DNA of 64,000 nucleotides from Chthonomonadales bacterium. Lineage in GTDB: Bacteria; Armatimonadota; Chthonomonadetes; Chthonomonadales; CAJBBX01. The notes under the pieces were generated by a model that made no database searches, was not told the origin of the DNA, and saw only the letters and a list, made by a program, of their open reading frames with translations. This document shows, one piece after another, positions 50,263-60,686 of this stretch (position 1 is the first letter of the stretch; the number at the start of each line of letters is the position of its first letter). The position numbers and the translations under genes were made by a program. Where the stretch lies: contig JBMFSQ010000003.1 of the NCBI GenBank assembly GCA_049967475.1, positions 96,001-160,000 of the forward strand, in the 5' to 3' direction.

Positions 50263-51078
50263 CTACTGGCCGAGCTCCGCAGACCGGATGGCGGCGCGCT
50301 CCACTGCGTCAATAAGCGCCGCACGGAAGCCGGCCTGCTCAAGGGCGGCAAGGGCTGTAATCGTCGTGCCGGATGGGGTAGCCACCATATCCTTGAGTTC
50401 TGCGGGATGGCGCCCCGTTTGGATCACCATTTGCGCTGCGCCAAGCACCGTTTGGGCGGCAAGTTGATGGGCAAGTTCGCGCGGCAAGCCCACCTTTACA
50501 CCTCCATCCACCAAGGCTTCGATCATCAGGTACACATAGGCAGGCCCGCTCCCCGAAAGGGCCGTTACAGCATCCATCATCCGCTCGTCTACCTCTACGG
50601 CCTCCCCCACGGATCTAAAGATTTCAAAGGCCCATTCCACGTGCGTGTCATTGGCGTGGGTTCCGCGGCACAGTGCGCACGCACCGGCATGAACCTGGGC
50701 AGCAGTGTTGGGCATGGCACGGATTACAGGAATTTCTTTGCGAAGGGCACTCTCGATCGTGGGAATGCGTACCCCGGCTGCAATGGACACCAAGAGCTGG
50801 TGCGTCTGCATCACGGGCGCTATCTGTTCGAGTATGGCATGGATGGTCTGCGGCTTCACGGCGAGGATGACTACGTCGCCAAAAGCCGCGGCCTCCTCGT
50901 TGTGCAGCGTGGTGCCCACGCCGACGGTGTCCCTGAGGTTCTGCAGATGCCCTTTGTGAACGTCACTCACAAGGATCGAAGCGGTTGGCAGCACTCCGGC
51001 GCTGACCAGCCCGCGGCAAAGGGCTCCGCCCATGACCCCGGCCCCGATGATGCCGATGCGTTTGTCCTGCAGTTCCAT
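50263..51078 (-). CDS. proC: Pyrroline-5-carboxylate reductase
   Basis: IGAGVMG, LAVKPQ, RAMPNT, TALSGSGPAY, VATPSGTT. Confidence 0.97.
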   Translation of the reverse strand: MELQDKRIGIIGAGVMGGALCRGLVSAGVLPTASILVSDVHKGHLQNLRDTVGVGTTLHNEEAAAFGDVVILAVKPQTIHAILEQIAPVMQTHQLLVSIAAGVRIPTIESALRKEIPVIRAMPNTAAQVHAGACALCRGTHANDTHVEWAFEIFRSVGEAVEVDERMMDAVTALSGSGPAYVYLMIEALVDGGVKVGLPRELAHQLAAQTVLGAAQMVIQTGRHPAELKDMVATPSGTTITALAALEQAGFRAALIDAVERAAIRSAELGQ

Positions 51079-51228
51079 GATGATCCTCGTAGGGCAGTAT
51101 GAATGGAGGCGCTGTGCCTGTGGTTAATCCGCTGAAGATACGGATGGCCGGCGCACCCCACGACTGTGGTTTCCCGCAGTTAATGTCGCGTACGGCGGCA
51201 TGAACTTCGACCGCATACTTCAAGGCAG

Positions 51229-51654
51229 CTATAGCTCGCCGTGCGGCTCTGTACCTGCGTCCAGCTCTACCTCTACATTGGCAGGAGCAAACAGGTATAC
51301 CTTTTCGCCAACGCGGTCTACGGTCCCATCCAGAGCGTACGTTACGCCGCTCAAGAAATCTATGATCCGTTCCGCCATCTGAGGGGCAGCCTTCTCTAGG
51401 TTCACGATTTGCTGCTGGCCGTTCTTGAGGCCGTCCGCTGCGATGCGCGCATCGTTGAATACCGAGGCGTTGAGGCGGATCGCGACACGATGAGCCCTCG
51501 CGGTATCCAGTCGTATCGTACTGTGCCGGCGATTGCCGTCTTCCTCGGCATCGTGCTCCTCTTCCTCGCCGTCCTCGATGCCAAACAGCCGGTCATGGAA
51601 GCGGCTCCAGAGGGATCTGCGGGTGTAGGGCTCCATTGGATCCTGTGTAGACAC
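51229..51654 (-). CDS. sepF: Cell division protein SepF
   Basis: IADGLKNG..IVNLE...RIIDFLSGVTYALDG..RVGEKVYLFAP; yggS-sepF-proC synteny. Confidence 0.92.
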   Translation of the reverse strand: MSTQDPMEPYTRRSLWSRFHDRLFGIEDGEEEEHDAEEDGNRRHSTIRLDTARAHRVAIRLNASVFNDARIAADGLKNGQQQIVNLEKAAPQMAERIIDFLSGVTYALDGTVDRVGEKVYLFAPANVEVELDAGTEPHGEL

Positions 51655-51675
51655 GATGTCCTCCCTAACGTAGGA

Positions 51676-52350
51676 TCATTGCCGGGCTCCGAAGATTGCG
51701 GTTCCCACCCGAACCATCGTAGAGCCCTCTTGGATTGCAACGTCGAAGTCTGCGCTCATCCCCATAGAGAGTACCCGCCGGTTCTCTTCCGGCAGGCGCT
51801 CAAAGATGCGCCTGAGCTCGGCGAAGTAAGGCCGGGCCTGTTCCGGGTGCTGCAGCAGAGGCGCCATGCCCATAAGCCCCGTCAACTGCAATCCGGGTAT
51901 CGCGCGCACTCGATTGCAGAAGTCTATCGTTTGGTCGGGCGGCACCCCATGCTTCGTGGCGGCCGGATCCAGCTTCACTTCCACGAGTACAGGCTGCGTG
52001 CATCCAGCGGCATTCGCACGACGCCCCAGCTCCTCCGCCAGTTCCTCACGATCCACGCTCTGAACGAGCGCGAAGCGGCCGGCTATGTACTTGGCTTTGT
52101 TGGTCTGCAGGTGCCCGATGAAGTGCCAGCGGATCTGCCGGGGCAGCTCCTGCATCTTGGTTCTTACTTCCTGGTAATAGTTCTCTCCGAAGTCTGTGAT
52201 CCCTGCCTCCCATGCCTCGCGTATGCGCTCTGTGTCTACCGTTTTGGATACGGCCACGAGTGTGATGTCCTTTGGATCACGGCCTGCCGAGAGTGCTGCT
52301 CGTGCGATGCGGGCCCGAACTTCGGCAATGTTGTTTGCTATCGAACTCAT
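51676..52350 (-). CDS. yggS: PLP homeostasis protein YggS
   Basis: [57 protein letters not shown]. Confidence 0.96.
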   Translation of the reverse strand: MSSIANNIAEVRARIARAALSAGRDPKDITLVAVSKTVDTERIREAWEAGITDFGENYYQEVRTKMQELPRQIRWHFIGHLQTNKAKYIAGRFALVQSVDREELAEELGRRANAAGCTQPVLVEVKLDPAATKHGVPPDQTIDFCNRVRAIPGLQLTGLMGMAPLLQHPEQARPYFAELRRIFERLPEENRRVLSMGMSADFDVAIQEGSTMVRVGTAIFGARQ

Positions 52351-52453
52351 GACACACCTGGCATGATGGCCCAATTCAATGGAACCCAGGGCGGGCGAAC
52401 ACGCGTACTGCCTTCTGAACGTCTGCGCGCCAATCCGAGGCACGCGTCCTGCT

Positions 52454-52482
52454 TTGACGCCGTCTGCGCAAAATGATATAAT
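52454..52482 (+). promoter_or_regulatory. sigma70 promoter
   Basis: TTGACG-N17-TATAAT with extended -10 TG, followed by AAGGAGG. Confidence 0.8.
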
Positions 52483-52505
52483 GCCGCATTAAGGAGGATA
52501 CCACC

Positions 52506-53453
52506 TTGAAGTCGCCGAGAACGCTTTTGTTCGTTTTGCTGGCAGCTTGCACGGCCGGAGGTGTGGCCCTGGCTCAGGCCCAACCGGTTTCTTCGTCTGG
52601 TGTTGGCCCGGCGGGCAGCGGGCGCGTGCTTGCTTATCAGCTCGTGCCTGGAAAGACGCTTCGGTATAAGCTTACCGCACGCATCAAGGGAACGATCCCG
52701 CTCCTCGGGACGCCTACCCCCATAGACAATGGCGTAATCTCGCTTGTGTACGCTGCTACGCCGAAGACCGTTCTGGCAGACGGTCTTTCCGACGTAGAGC
52801 TCAAGGTGGAAAGCGTAGATGTGGAACTGGAGGGCCTTCCCGTTCCCATCGGTTTGGAGGATGCCGAGAAAGTCCTCAACCAAACGGTTACCTTCTCAAA
52901 GACGGGCGAAGTGAAGAAGATTACAGGCGGTGGGCCCCTTCCATTCGGTGTGTCTATCCCAGGAGTGGATCCGAAGCGCCTCTATTCGTTGCTCTTCCCT
53001 GTGGTCTTCCCAACCGCTCCTGTGAAGCCCGGAGACACGTGGCCCTACAAGAGTGAGTTGCTGGGCGGTCAACGGAACAAGCCCGCATTCACCGCCACAC
53101 TCTTGCCGGAGGACCAGTCCGGCGCTGATCCTTCGTTGGCCCGCATCAAGACGGATTTCTCCCTGAACGTTGACCAGAACTTCGATGGAGACCATAAGCC
53201 GGTGGCCGACGCGAGCCTGGCCCATCGCACGATGAAGGGAAAGATCTCTGGGGGCGGGATCCTCACCTTTGATGCAAATGCCGGCCGTTTTACGAAGGGA
53301 CAGTTGAACATCAAAGCCGATATCTCCGACGATCTTACCGGCAAACCGCAGACCCCCGATGAACCCAAGCAGATCCCAAGCAAAGTGGACGCTGTAGTCA
53401 CTCTGGAGCTTCAGCCTGATGCTCCTGCCAATACGGCATCCGGATCGCCGTAG
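52506..53453 (+). CDS. Exported hypothetical beta-rich protein
   Basis: AAGGAGG SD, TTG start, signal peptide (..VALAQA), PVKPGDTW motif. Confidence 0.8.
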   Translation: MKSPRTLLFVLLAACTAGGVALAQAQPVSSSGVGPAGSGRVLAYQLVPGKTLRYKLTARIKGTIPLLGTPTPIDNGVISLVYAATPKTVLADGLSDVELKVESVDVELEGLPVPIGLEDAEKVLNQTVTFSKTGEVKKITGGGPLPFGVSIPGVDPKRLYSLLFPVVFPTAPVKPGDTWPYKSELLGGQRNKPAFTATLLPEDQSGADPSLARIKTDFSLNVDQNFDGDHKPVADASLAHRTMKGKISGGGILTFDANAGRFTKGQLNIKADISDDLTGKPQTPDEPKQIPSKVDAVVTLELQPDAPANTASGSP

Positions 53454-56400
53454 CACAGCAACCGAAGAGACGCGGCCAATCGCACAGCCGAAAAGGACGG
53501 GCGTAATCTGCCGCCTTCGAAAGCAGGGCGTGGGGTTCGGCGTGCTGCGCTTCATTGCTTGCCTGACGTGTTTCGGATGGCGGCACTCTTGGGCCCAAGA
53601 AACCACCAACAGCGTTCTTAGGATCGTTCCCGCTCCGGGCGTAGTTCGGGTTGATGGGCGTCTGGAGGATTGGGATCTTTCTGGGAGCATCCTCTGCTGC
53701 TACGACTGGGCGCGTCTCCATGCCACCCACAGTGTACGTGCCGCGGCGATGTACGACAGCCGCTTCCTTTACCTTGCGTTCCGCTTCAAGGATCGCACAC
53801 CTCTCATCAATCACATTGATCCCCGCCAAGACCCCGACGGAGGTTGGAAGGCGGATGCCGTGCAGATGCGGATCGAGACGGATCGCGTCGCCCACGTTAC
53901 GGCTTGGTACTACACCGACGGCCGCCGCGCCGCCATGCACATCCACTATGGATTTTGGGACACCGGCAATCCCGCAAGCCAGGCGGATCTGATCAATCCC
54001 CTGTCGGCCGGCGCTCAGGAAGCGTTCCGCAAAGACCCAACCGGTTATACACAAGAATTGGCAGTCCCCTGGCGTTTGATTACGCGCAGCGGTCGGTGCC
54101 CCGCGGTTCGGAGCCGTTTCCGCATGGGCCTGGAATTCTTTTGGGGCTCGCCGAAGGCAAACGATTTCCCCGAGCATCGCTACGCCGATCTGGTGAACCC
54201 CAACCGGCCCCAGCGGTCGTTCTTCTGGCAGAATCCCGATGCGTGGGGGACAGCGGTACTGGAGGCGCGCGGGCATCTCCGACCGCTGCCGGCCCCGAAT
54301 GGTGTGTCGGTGGCCGCGCGCTACGCAGAGCTCGCCTACCGGACGTCCGGCGTTGTGGCCATTCGTTATCGTCTGCCGGAGAGCGGCTTCGTAACCCTCG
54401 TGATTGAATCGCCCGACGGCCGCCGCGTGCGCAATCTGATAGGGGAATACCCCCGCACTGCAGGGGTACATACGGAATACTGGGACGGCACGGACGACGC
54501 AGGCCACCTGGTACCGGCAGGCCGGTATGTGGTTCGGGGATTGTTTCACAAACGGCTTGGCTTGCGGTACGCCTTCGCTTACGGCAATCCTGGAGACCCG
54601 CCCTACGACAACAGCACCGGCACGGGCGGATGGCTCTCCAACCACGCTCCGCCCATGGACGTATGTGCAGGGAAAGGGCGCGTTTATCTTTCCGCTGCCT
54701 TCGCCGAAGGCGCTACAGCGGTTATGGCGGCCAGCTACTCCGGCAAGCGCTTGTGGGGAATAGGGAACATCAACGGCGGCATGATGGCCGAGGATGGCCG
54801 ATACCTTTACGTACTCGTGGGAGGCCCGACGACCGCATGGGGCGGCCCGCCTCAAGACGAAGTAGCACTGCTCAGGATTGATGCATCCAATGGACGCTAC
54901 GCACCCTGGCCGGACGGGAAGGCGATGCACACAATCGCCTCCATCCCTCCGGCTTCTGTGCCCTTTGGGGACCAACTCGGGTCTCCGCCAGGCCGTCCAG
55001 CGGGTTGGTACCAGCCAAATCGCCCAGAGGGGGAGCTTGTGGCCCGTCATGGCTTCACCGCCGATTGGTGTCAGCGCCAAACTATGGGCATCGCGGTGTG
55101 CGGCGGTCGCATCTACGCCTCCCTCTATTACCAGGATGACGTAATTCAGGTGGATGCCGGTACCGGAACCCCGATGGCCCATATTCCGCTTCGGCGTCCT
55201 GCCGGTTTGGCATGCGGCCCGCACGGTGTGGTCTATGCGATCAGCGGGAACCGGATCGTGGTTCTTCAGAACGGCGCATGGCGTCCGGTGGTGACGCAAG
55301 GTCTGGAGGCGCCTGTGGGATTGGCCGTGGATGCCGACGGCGAAATCTACGTGAGTGATTGGGGCAGCCGTATGTGCGTGGAAGTGTTTTCGCCGGACGG
55401 GCACTTCTCACGAACAATCGGGCGGCTTGGCGGGCGGCCGTTGGAAGGCCGCTATGACCCCACGGGCATGTTCCGGCCCTGGGGCGTCGCGGTGGATGCT
55501 TCCGGCCGTCTTTGGGTGGCTGAATGCGATAACAGCCCGCGCCGGCTGAGCGTATGGGATGCTCACACAGGCCGGTTCCTCAGGGAGTTCTGCGGATCCA
55601 CATGGTACGCAAGCGTGGGGGCTCGCGTGGATGTTTCGCGTCCGAACAGGGCCTTCGTCATGGGCAATGTCTGTGATCTGGATTGGAAGAGGGGGCTCTG
55701 GCGTGTGGCGGGTACGCTGTTCCGCCCGCAACATCCCGATGAGCTCTTTGACGCTTCCACCGAGGGGTTGGTGCTGGAGGTTCGGCGGCGGCAGGGCCGC
55801 GATTACCTAATCGCCAGCAATTCCAGCCTCTTGATCATCGCGAAACTGCATGACTACAGCGCCAAGCCTGTAGCGGCTATGGGCACAATCTACGGGTTAT
55901 ATCAGCCTGGCCACCTTTGGCCGGATCTCATCATCCGGCATTTGGCTTCGAGCCCGGCAGAATTGGAGAAGCTGAAGCAGCGCCATCCCAAAGCCTTCGA
56001 CGGATCCGGCGCAGCCTATCCGGATGTGGCATTCATGCTTGGTGAGACCAACGTGCACCAGTACTTCGTTTGGACGGATCGCAACGAGGACGGCCGCATT
56101 CAGGATGACGAGATCCGCTTCTATTCCCGGGAAGAACTACGCGGGATGAAGCTTGCCGGCGACTGGCGCTTCGGCATAGGACCGGATTTTACGGTCTATC
56201 TGCCGGGCAGCAACAGCTCAGGCACGCCGCGCCAACAGCTTTGGAAGCTTCGCCCCCGTTCGTGGAGCGCATCCGGCGTGCCGGACTATCGCATCGCCGA
56301 CGCCACAAAGATTGCAGACGTACCGGTGCTGGGCTTCGTGGACTCGTCCATCTGGACCGATGCCTATGGGGACACTCTTATCGGGCAGAACCCCCTGATG

Positions 56401-57621
56401 ATGTTTTCTCCCGCCGGCAAACTGCTGTGGACCTACCCCAACGCCTGGCCGGGTGTCCACGGGTCTCACACAGCTCCAGCCTCCCGGCGCGGGCGAGTGA
56501 TCGGCCCCCTGTGGGTTCTGGGTTCGGTGCACCTGCGAAGGGTCGGTTCCATTTTCTGCATGGGGGCGAACTTGGGCGAACGGTATCTGTTCACGCGGGA
56601 CGGCCTCTTCGTGGGCAGCCTCTTTGCAGATTGCCGGAGCGCGCCGGATGCACTGCCGGACATTCCCGTGCGGGGTATGGACATCAGCGCGTGCACAGCA
56701 GGAGGGGAGTCCTTCGGAGGAGAGTTTTTCGAGAACCCCTTGGATCACAAGATTTACCTGGGTGGTCCCGTTGGGTCCTGCCGGGAGGCGTCCGTGGTGG
56801 CTGAAGTTACCGGTTTGGAAAGTATCCGGCGCCTGCCCTCGACGCACCTTTCGTTCACCGCAGCCGACCGCGCGCGGGCTCGAGTGTTCCTCCAGAGGCG
56901 TGCCAATGTCGAAGCGCCGCTCAAAGTCCTCGCCATTGCTCCGCTGGATCATCCGCCTGCATCACGCGTTCCAGAATGGTCAGAATTTCCTTTGAGCGAC
57001 GACCGCAGGGTTGCCCGGTGGAGCTTTGACCCGTTCCACACAGTCGGCGCGGCCACCTGGACCTTTGACGGCCAGTGGCTCTATCTCGCTGTGGCAGCAA
57101 TACGCGATGACACCCCCATGATCAACGATGGCCGAGACGTTCAGACCCTCTTCAAAACCGGTGATGCGGTAGAGTTCGAGATACGCACCACGCCTAACAA
57201 CGATAGCCCCAGCGTACTTCCTGGAGATTTGCGTGTCGTCATCAGCGTATTCCAGGGGAAACCCATCGCGGTGTTGTACCGGTACCGTGTCCCCGGGACA
57301 AGAACGCCCGTGCGATTTCGCTCTCCGGTAGGAGCCTATCCGGTGGACGAAGTCCGCGTTCTGCAGAATGCGTCGGTCCTTATCGAGCGCGGCGCCGGCG
57401 AATACAGTGTGCGGGCAGCCATTCCATTGGCCGACCTGGGCTTCCGGCCGGAGAAGGGGAATACCTATCGCGGCGACTTCGGCGTCGTTTACTCGGACCG
57501 CGCAGGCAAGTCGGACGAACTGCGCATGTATTGGGCGAACCCCGCCAACGCCATGGTGAATGACCTCTTCAGCGAGGTCCAAATTGATCCTCGAGCCTGG
57601 GCTCGCTTTGTGGTGGAGTGA
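53419..57621 (+). CDS. Large secreted multidomain protein: sugar-binding (CBM9/DOMON-like) + FlgD Ig-like + NHL/beta-propeller + sugar-binding
   Basis: VDGRLEDW..YDSRFLYLAF; VRNLI..AGVHTEYWDGTDDAG..PAGRY; P.GLAVD..G.IYVSD repeats; DGQWLYLAV..FKTGDAVE; true start probably near 53530. Confidence 0.8.
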   Translation: MLLPIRHPDRRSTATEETRPIAQPKRTGVICRLRKQGVGFGVLRFIACLTCFGWRHSWAQETTNSVLRIVPAPGVVRVDGRLEDWDLSGSILCCYDWARLHATHSVRAAAMYDSRFLYLAFRFKDRTPLINHIDPRQDPDGGWKADAVQMRIETDRVAHVTAWYYTDGRRAAMHIHYGFWDTGNPASQADLINPLSAGAQEAFRKDPTGYTQELAVPWRLITRSGRCPAVRSRFRMGLEFFWGSPKANDFPEHRYADLVNPNRPQRSFFWQNPDAWGTAVLEARGHLRPLPAPNGVSVAARYAELAYRTSGVVAIRYRLPESGFVTLVIESPDGRRVRNLIGEYPRTAGVHTEYWDGTDDAGHLVPAGRYVVRGLFHKRLGLRYAFAYGNPGDPPYDNSTGTGGWLSNHAPPMDVCAGKGRVYLSAAFAEGATAVMAASYSGKRLWGIGNINGGMMAEDGRYLYVLVGGPTTAWGGPPQDEVALLRIDASNGRYAPWPDGKAMHTIASIPPASVPFGDQLGSPPGRPAGWYQPNRPEGELVARHGFTADWCQRQTMGIAVCGGRIYASLYYQDDVIQVDAGTGTPMAHIPLRRPAGLACGPHGVVYAISGNRIVVLQNGAWRPVVTQGLEAPVGLAVDADGEIYVSDWGSRMCVEVFSPDGHFSRTIGRLGGRPLEGRYDPTGMFRPWGVAVDASGRLWVAECDNSPRRLSVWDAHTGRFLREFCGSTWYASVGARVDVSRPNRAFVMGNVCDLDWKRGLWRVAGTLFRPQHPDELFDASTEGLVLEVRRRQGRDYLIASNSSLLIIAKLHDYSAKPVAAMGTIYGLYQPGHLWPDLIIRHLASSPAELEKLKQRHPKAFDGSGAAYPDVAFMLGETNVHQYFVWTDRNEDGRIQDDEIRFYSREELRGMKLAGDWRFGIGPDFTVYLPGSNSSGTPRQQLWKLRPRSWSASGVPDYRIADATKIADVPVLGFVDSSIWTDAYGDTLIGQNPLMMFSPAGKLLWTYPNAWPGVHGSHTAPASRRGRVIGPLWVLGSVHLRRVGSIFCMGANLGERYLFTRDGLFVGSLFADCRSAPDALPDIPVRGMDISACTAGGESFGGEFFENPLDHKIYLGGPVGSCREASVVAEVTGLESIRRLPSTHLSFTAADRARARVFLQRRANVEAPLKVLAIAPLDHPPASRVPEWSEFPLSDDRRVARWSFDPFHTVGAATWTFDGQWLYLAVAAIRDDTPMINDGRDVQTLFKTGDAVEFEIRTTPNNDSPSVLPGDLRVVISVFQGKPIAVLYRYRVPGTRTPVRFRSPVGAYPVDEVRVLQNASVLIERGAGEYSVRAAIPLADLGFRPEKGNTYRGDFGVVYSDRAGKSDELRMYWANPANAMVNDLFSEVQIDPRAWARFVVE

Positions 57622-58778
57622 CGAAGGTGATTTTAGCCGTGGCGTGGTTCGCATGGATCGGATGGAATTCGCCGCCACGCCCTTCGGAAGCTCCAATGGC
57701 AGACCGCTGGCAAGGTGTTCCGTACTCTCGTGGAGGCCTGGCCGTCTCGCCGCACCAAACGTTTTTCGTTACGGACACGGGCGGCAGCGGCGGCGGCTTC
57801 GGACGAGGGGATCCTCATGACCACCTTTCAGATGTCGTCTTCTGGAACGAGCGCGTGGGTTGGGCATGCGGGTATGGAGGCCTTTTTCGCACCGACGATG
57901 GAGGCTTGACTTGGCGGCGGATCAAGCCTCGCGGAGGCTGGATGCGGGTGGGCATGGCCGGGCAGGAGGAAATTTGGCTTCTTGAAGGGCTCCATCCCGG
58001 CGGGCCAGGCAGGGCATGGCTTTGGCACAGCTCCGACAATGGGCAAACGTGGCATGAAGTGTGTGATGGCCAAGTTCCGGGATACCTCGATTTCTTTTGC
58101 CAGAGCGGCGAAATCTGGATTTTGGGTGGATGGGTCGTGCCGCCGGGCGCAGCGGCGCTTTGCAGCCACGATAACGGCCGCACATGGCGAAAAGTGGATT
58201 TCGGCGGACTGCTGATCCAGGCCTGGCGCGTGTCGGTTCCTGGGGATCATATCCTGGGAAGAGGGTGTGCGGTTTACGTCCTTGGGCTTGGGAGTGCGGA
58301 AGGCAAGCCGGAGGTGCGCATCGTTCGAAGCACGGATGGCGGAAGAACCTGGAGCGCACTCCGCTTGCCCCACGGATTGACACAGGACGACGTTTGGAAT
58401 TTCGGCCAACTCTTCTTCGCCACGACGCGGGACGGATGGCTTGGGCTTTCCCACGGGAGGTTGCTCGTTACGCACGATGGCGGCGACACCTGGGCTCTCT
58501 GCAAACTTCCTACAGATCGGGGGGTGGCAGCGATATGGTTCGATGAGCTGGGTCGCGGCTTCGTGGCTGTAGACAACTCCGATGTGGGGCATGTAGGCGC
58601 TGCAATGTACCGCACGCTCGACGGCGGGCGCACGTGGGATGTGGTGCTGACGGGTTACAAGAACATCAACCGCATTTACGGGCTCGGCCCGAACCTGGTG
58701 TGGGCAGTGGGCCGGGAACCCACCGTGGTACCCAATGACATCGTGGCCATCATGGAACCGGGAGCCTTCGACCGCTAG
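57618..58778 (+). CDS. YCF48/BNR (Asp-box) repeat beta-propeller protein
   Basis: Repeated [ST]xDxGxTW motifs (TDDGGLTW, SSDNGQTW, SHDNGRTW, STDGGRTW, THDGGDTW, TLDGGRTW); GTGA overlap with upstream gene. Confidence 0.85.
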   Translation: MTKVILAVAWFAWIGWNSPPRPSEAPMADRWQGVPYSRGGLAVSPHQTFFVTDTGGSGGGFGRGDPHDHLSDVVFWNERVGWACGYGGLFRTDDGGLTWRRIKPRGGWMRVGMAGQEEIWLLEGLHPGGPGRAWLWHSSDNGQTWHEVCDGQVPGYLDFFCQSGEIWILGGWVVPPGAAALCSHDNGRTWRKVDFGGLLIQAWRVSVPGDHILGRGCAVYVLGLGSAEGKPEVRIVRSTDGGRTWSALRLPHGLTQDDVWNFGQLFFATTRDGWLGLSHGRLLVTHDGGDTWALCKLPTDRGVAAIWFDELGRGFVAVDNSDVGHVGAAMYRTLDGGRTWDVVLTGYKNINRIYGLGPNLVWAVGREPTVVPNDIVAIMEPGAFDR

Positions 58779-58966
58779 CACCATGGATCCACCGAAGCCC
58801 AGTTGCGGCTGCCGATCGGCGTTCCCTGCCCTGAGGACGCAGGTGCTGTGTTGAAGCCGTAAGATCACCGGTCGCTGCCGACGGAGACACACGCACAAGG
58901 TACAATTGAAGTGCGGTGGGCGCCGTTCCAGATCCGGTGCGCCAAGGACCGACAGGAGGAAATATC

Positions 58967-59518
58967 ATGGCCCGAGCCCTTGCAACAGGTGCCGCTCTAG
59001 CTCTAGCGATCGTAGTCTTGTGCGTGGCGGGTTGCTCCAAGCAGCCTGAGGCAAACAGCTCGGCAGCCTCGCCGTCCCAAACGGAGAATACGCCGGCTCC
59101 GCCGCTTACTCCTGATGTTGCGCGACTGACGCCGAATTCGCCCTCCAACAGCCCAACATTCAATCCCCACATGTCCGGCGGAATGCCGGCCGGCATGCCC
59201 AATCCCCATGCCTCGGAGAAGGGCGGCAAAGAGAACCCGCAGGTAGTGGCCGCGGTAGGCCGCGCGCAAAAGGCTGAAGCTGATCTGAAGGCCAATCCCG
59301 CCGATGCGGCGCTTCGCCAAAAGGCAGCCCAGGCAGATTACGATGCAGGCAATCAAATGATGACGCAGTCTACGCAGCCTCCCAAGGTGAAATATCCCGC
59401 GGCCTTGCGCTACTTCCGGCGCGCAGTGGAGCTCGATCCGGGCAATAAGGAGGCCGCCGCCGGCCGGGATCTCATCGAAGGGATCTACAAGTCCATGAAC
59501 CTTCCCATTCCGAAATAG
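58967..59518 (+). CDS. Lipoprotein with C-terminal TPR
   Basis: AGGAGG SD, lipobox VAGC, Pro-rich linker, ALRYFRRAVELDPGN. Confidence 0.8.
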   Translation: MARALATGAALALAIVVLCVAGCSKQPEANSSAASPSQTENTPAPPLTPDVARLTPNSPSNSPTFNPHMSGGMPAGMPNPHASEKGGKENPQVVAAVGRAQKAEADLKANPADAALRQKAAQADYDAGNQMMTQSTQPPKVKYPAALRYFRRAVELDPGNKEAAAGRDLIEGIYKSMNLPIPK

Positions 59519-59884
59519 CCGGGGTTGGATTGCCCGCGCGTGAACGGGTTCTCCTCACATTCTCCGTCGGTACCTCCTGCTGATGCGAACGCATCCCTGT
59601 CCTCCCGTTTTCTTAAACCGTCAGGGTCCGGAGGGATGTTTGCGGTTGCACGGGGTCACACCGCATTCTCCGATCTTTAGGCGCTGGTCTTCTGCGTCCG
59701 TCATTCCAGGCAAGACGGCTCACATGGGCGATTCTAGCCGGTGCCATGGAGCGGCTGTCGGCCTGTGTGGGTCGGCGAGCGGCACGCATTGCCTTTCACC
59801 TAAGATCGCTTGGTGCCGCTCGGCGAAGAGCATTCCAACCCAACGTCGTGTCCGGACGAAAGGGAAGGGTAGATGCCTGAAACC

Positions 59885-59913
59885 TTGCATCCTTCACATC
59901 CGTAAGGTAGAAT
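59885..59913 (+). promoter_or_regulatory. sigma70 promoter of tetR-tolC-MFP
   Basis: TTGCAT-N17-TAGAAT. Confidence 0.7.
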
Positions 59914-59923
59914 GAGCCGCTTG

Positions 59924-59943
59924 TTGAGTGAACGTTTACTTAA
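59924..59943. promoter_or_regulatory. Putative TetR operator
   Basis: Near-palindrome TTGAGTGAAC|GTTTACTTAA (2 mismatches) between the promoter and the tetR start. Confidence 0.7.
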
Positions 59944-59957
59944 TTAAGGCATAGCGT

Positions 59958-60590
59958 ATGTCGGGTTCCGATGCCAGGCGCCGCCACGGTGAAATCCGCC
60001 GCGAGCAGATCTTGGATGCCGCTGTGAAGCTCTTTGCCGAGAAGGGTTACGCAGGTGCCTCCATACGTGATCTTGCCCGGGAGATTGGGGTGACGGAGGG
60101 ACTGCTCTACCATTACTTCTCCAGCAAGGAGCAGCTCCTCGAGGCGTGCTGGAAGGAGCGATCTTGGCGGGCCCAGTTGGAGCGCATTCTGGCACAAGCT
60201 CAAGGCGCCCCCGTTGCGCGCGTTCTCTACGACATCGTCGTTGATTTTCTCGAGACGCTCTACGAGCACGGCCCGTCGGTTCGCATGTGTGCGGCCGAGA
60301 TGCAGCACAATCCCGAAATGGCAGATCAGTATCTGCGCAATATCGAAGCCAGTCAGAAGGTCCTTACCGATTTTCTGCGCGGCCGCCAAGACATGGGCGA
60401 GATCTCCGGGAATGCGAACTTGCCCGCAGCGGCGGGAATGCTCATGGGGAGTGCATTTTCGGTTTTCCTCCTCTACGGCCGCAGGAGCCACGAAGAGTGG
60501 CGGCGTATGGTGGAGGACTTCGCCGCGGCGGCGGTGCAAATTCTAATGAACGGGCTGGCGCCGCCGCATGGCGTGTCCAATGGCCCGTAA
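59958..60590 (+). CDS. TetR/AcrR family transcriptional regulator
   Basis: ILDAAVKLFAEKGY..SIRDLAREIGVTEGLLYHYFSSKEQL. Confidence 0.95.
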   Translation: MSGSDARRRHGEIRREQILDAAVKLFAEKGYAGASIRDLAREIGVTEGLLYHYFSSKEQLLEACWKERSWRAQLERILAQAQGAPVARVLYDIVVDFLETLYEHGPSVRMCAAEMQHNPEMADQYLRNIEASQKVLTDFLRGRQDMGEISGNANLPAAAGMLMGSAFSVFLLYGRRSHEEWRRMVEDFAAAAVQILMNGLAPPHGVSNGP

Positions 60591-60686
60591 ACCCAACTGC
60601 ATGGAACGCGGCAGCGCTCTTAACGGGAGGTGGTCTACCGCAGAAACGTTTGAGAAGAGCACCGCTGCCGCATGAGGAGATAGGGA

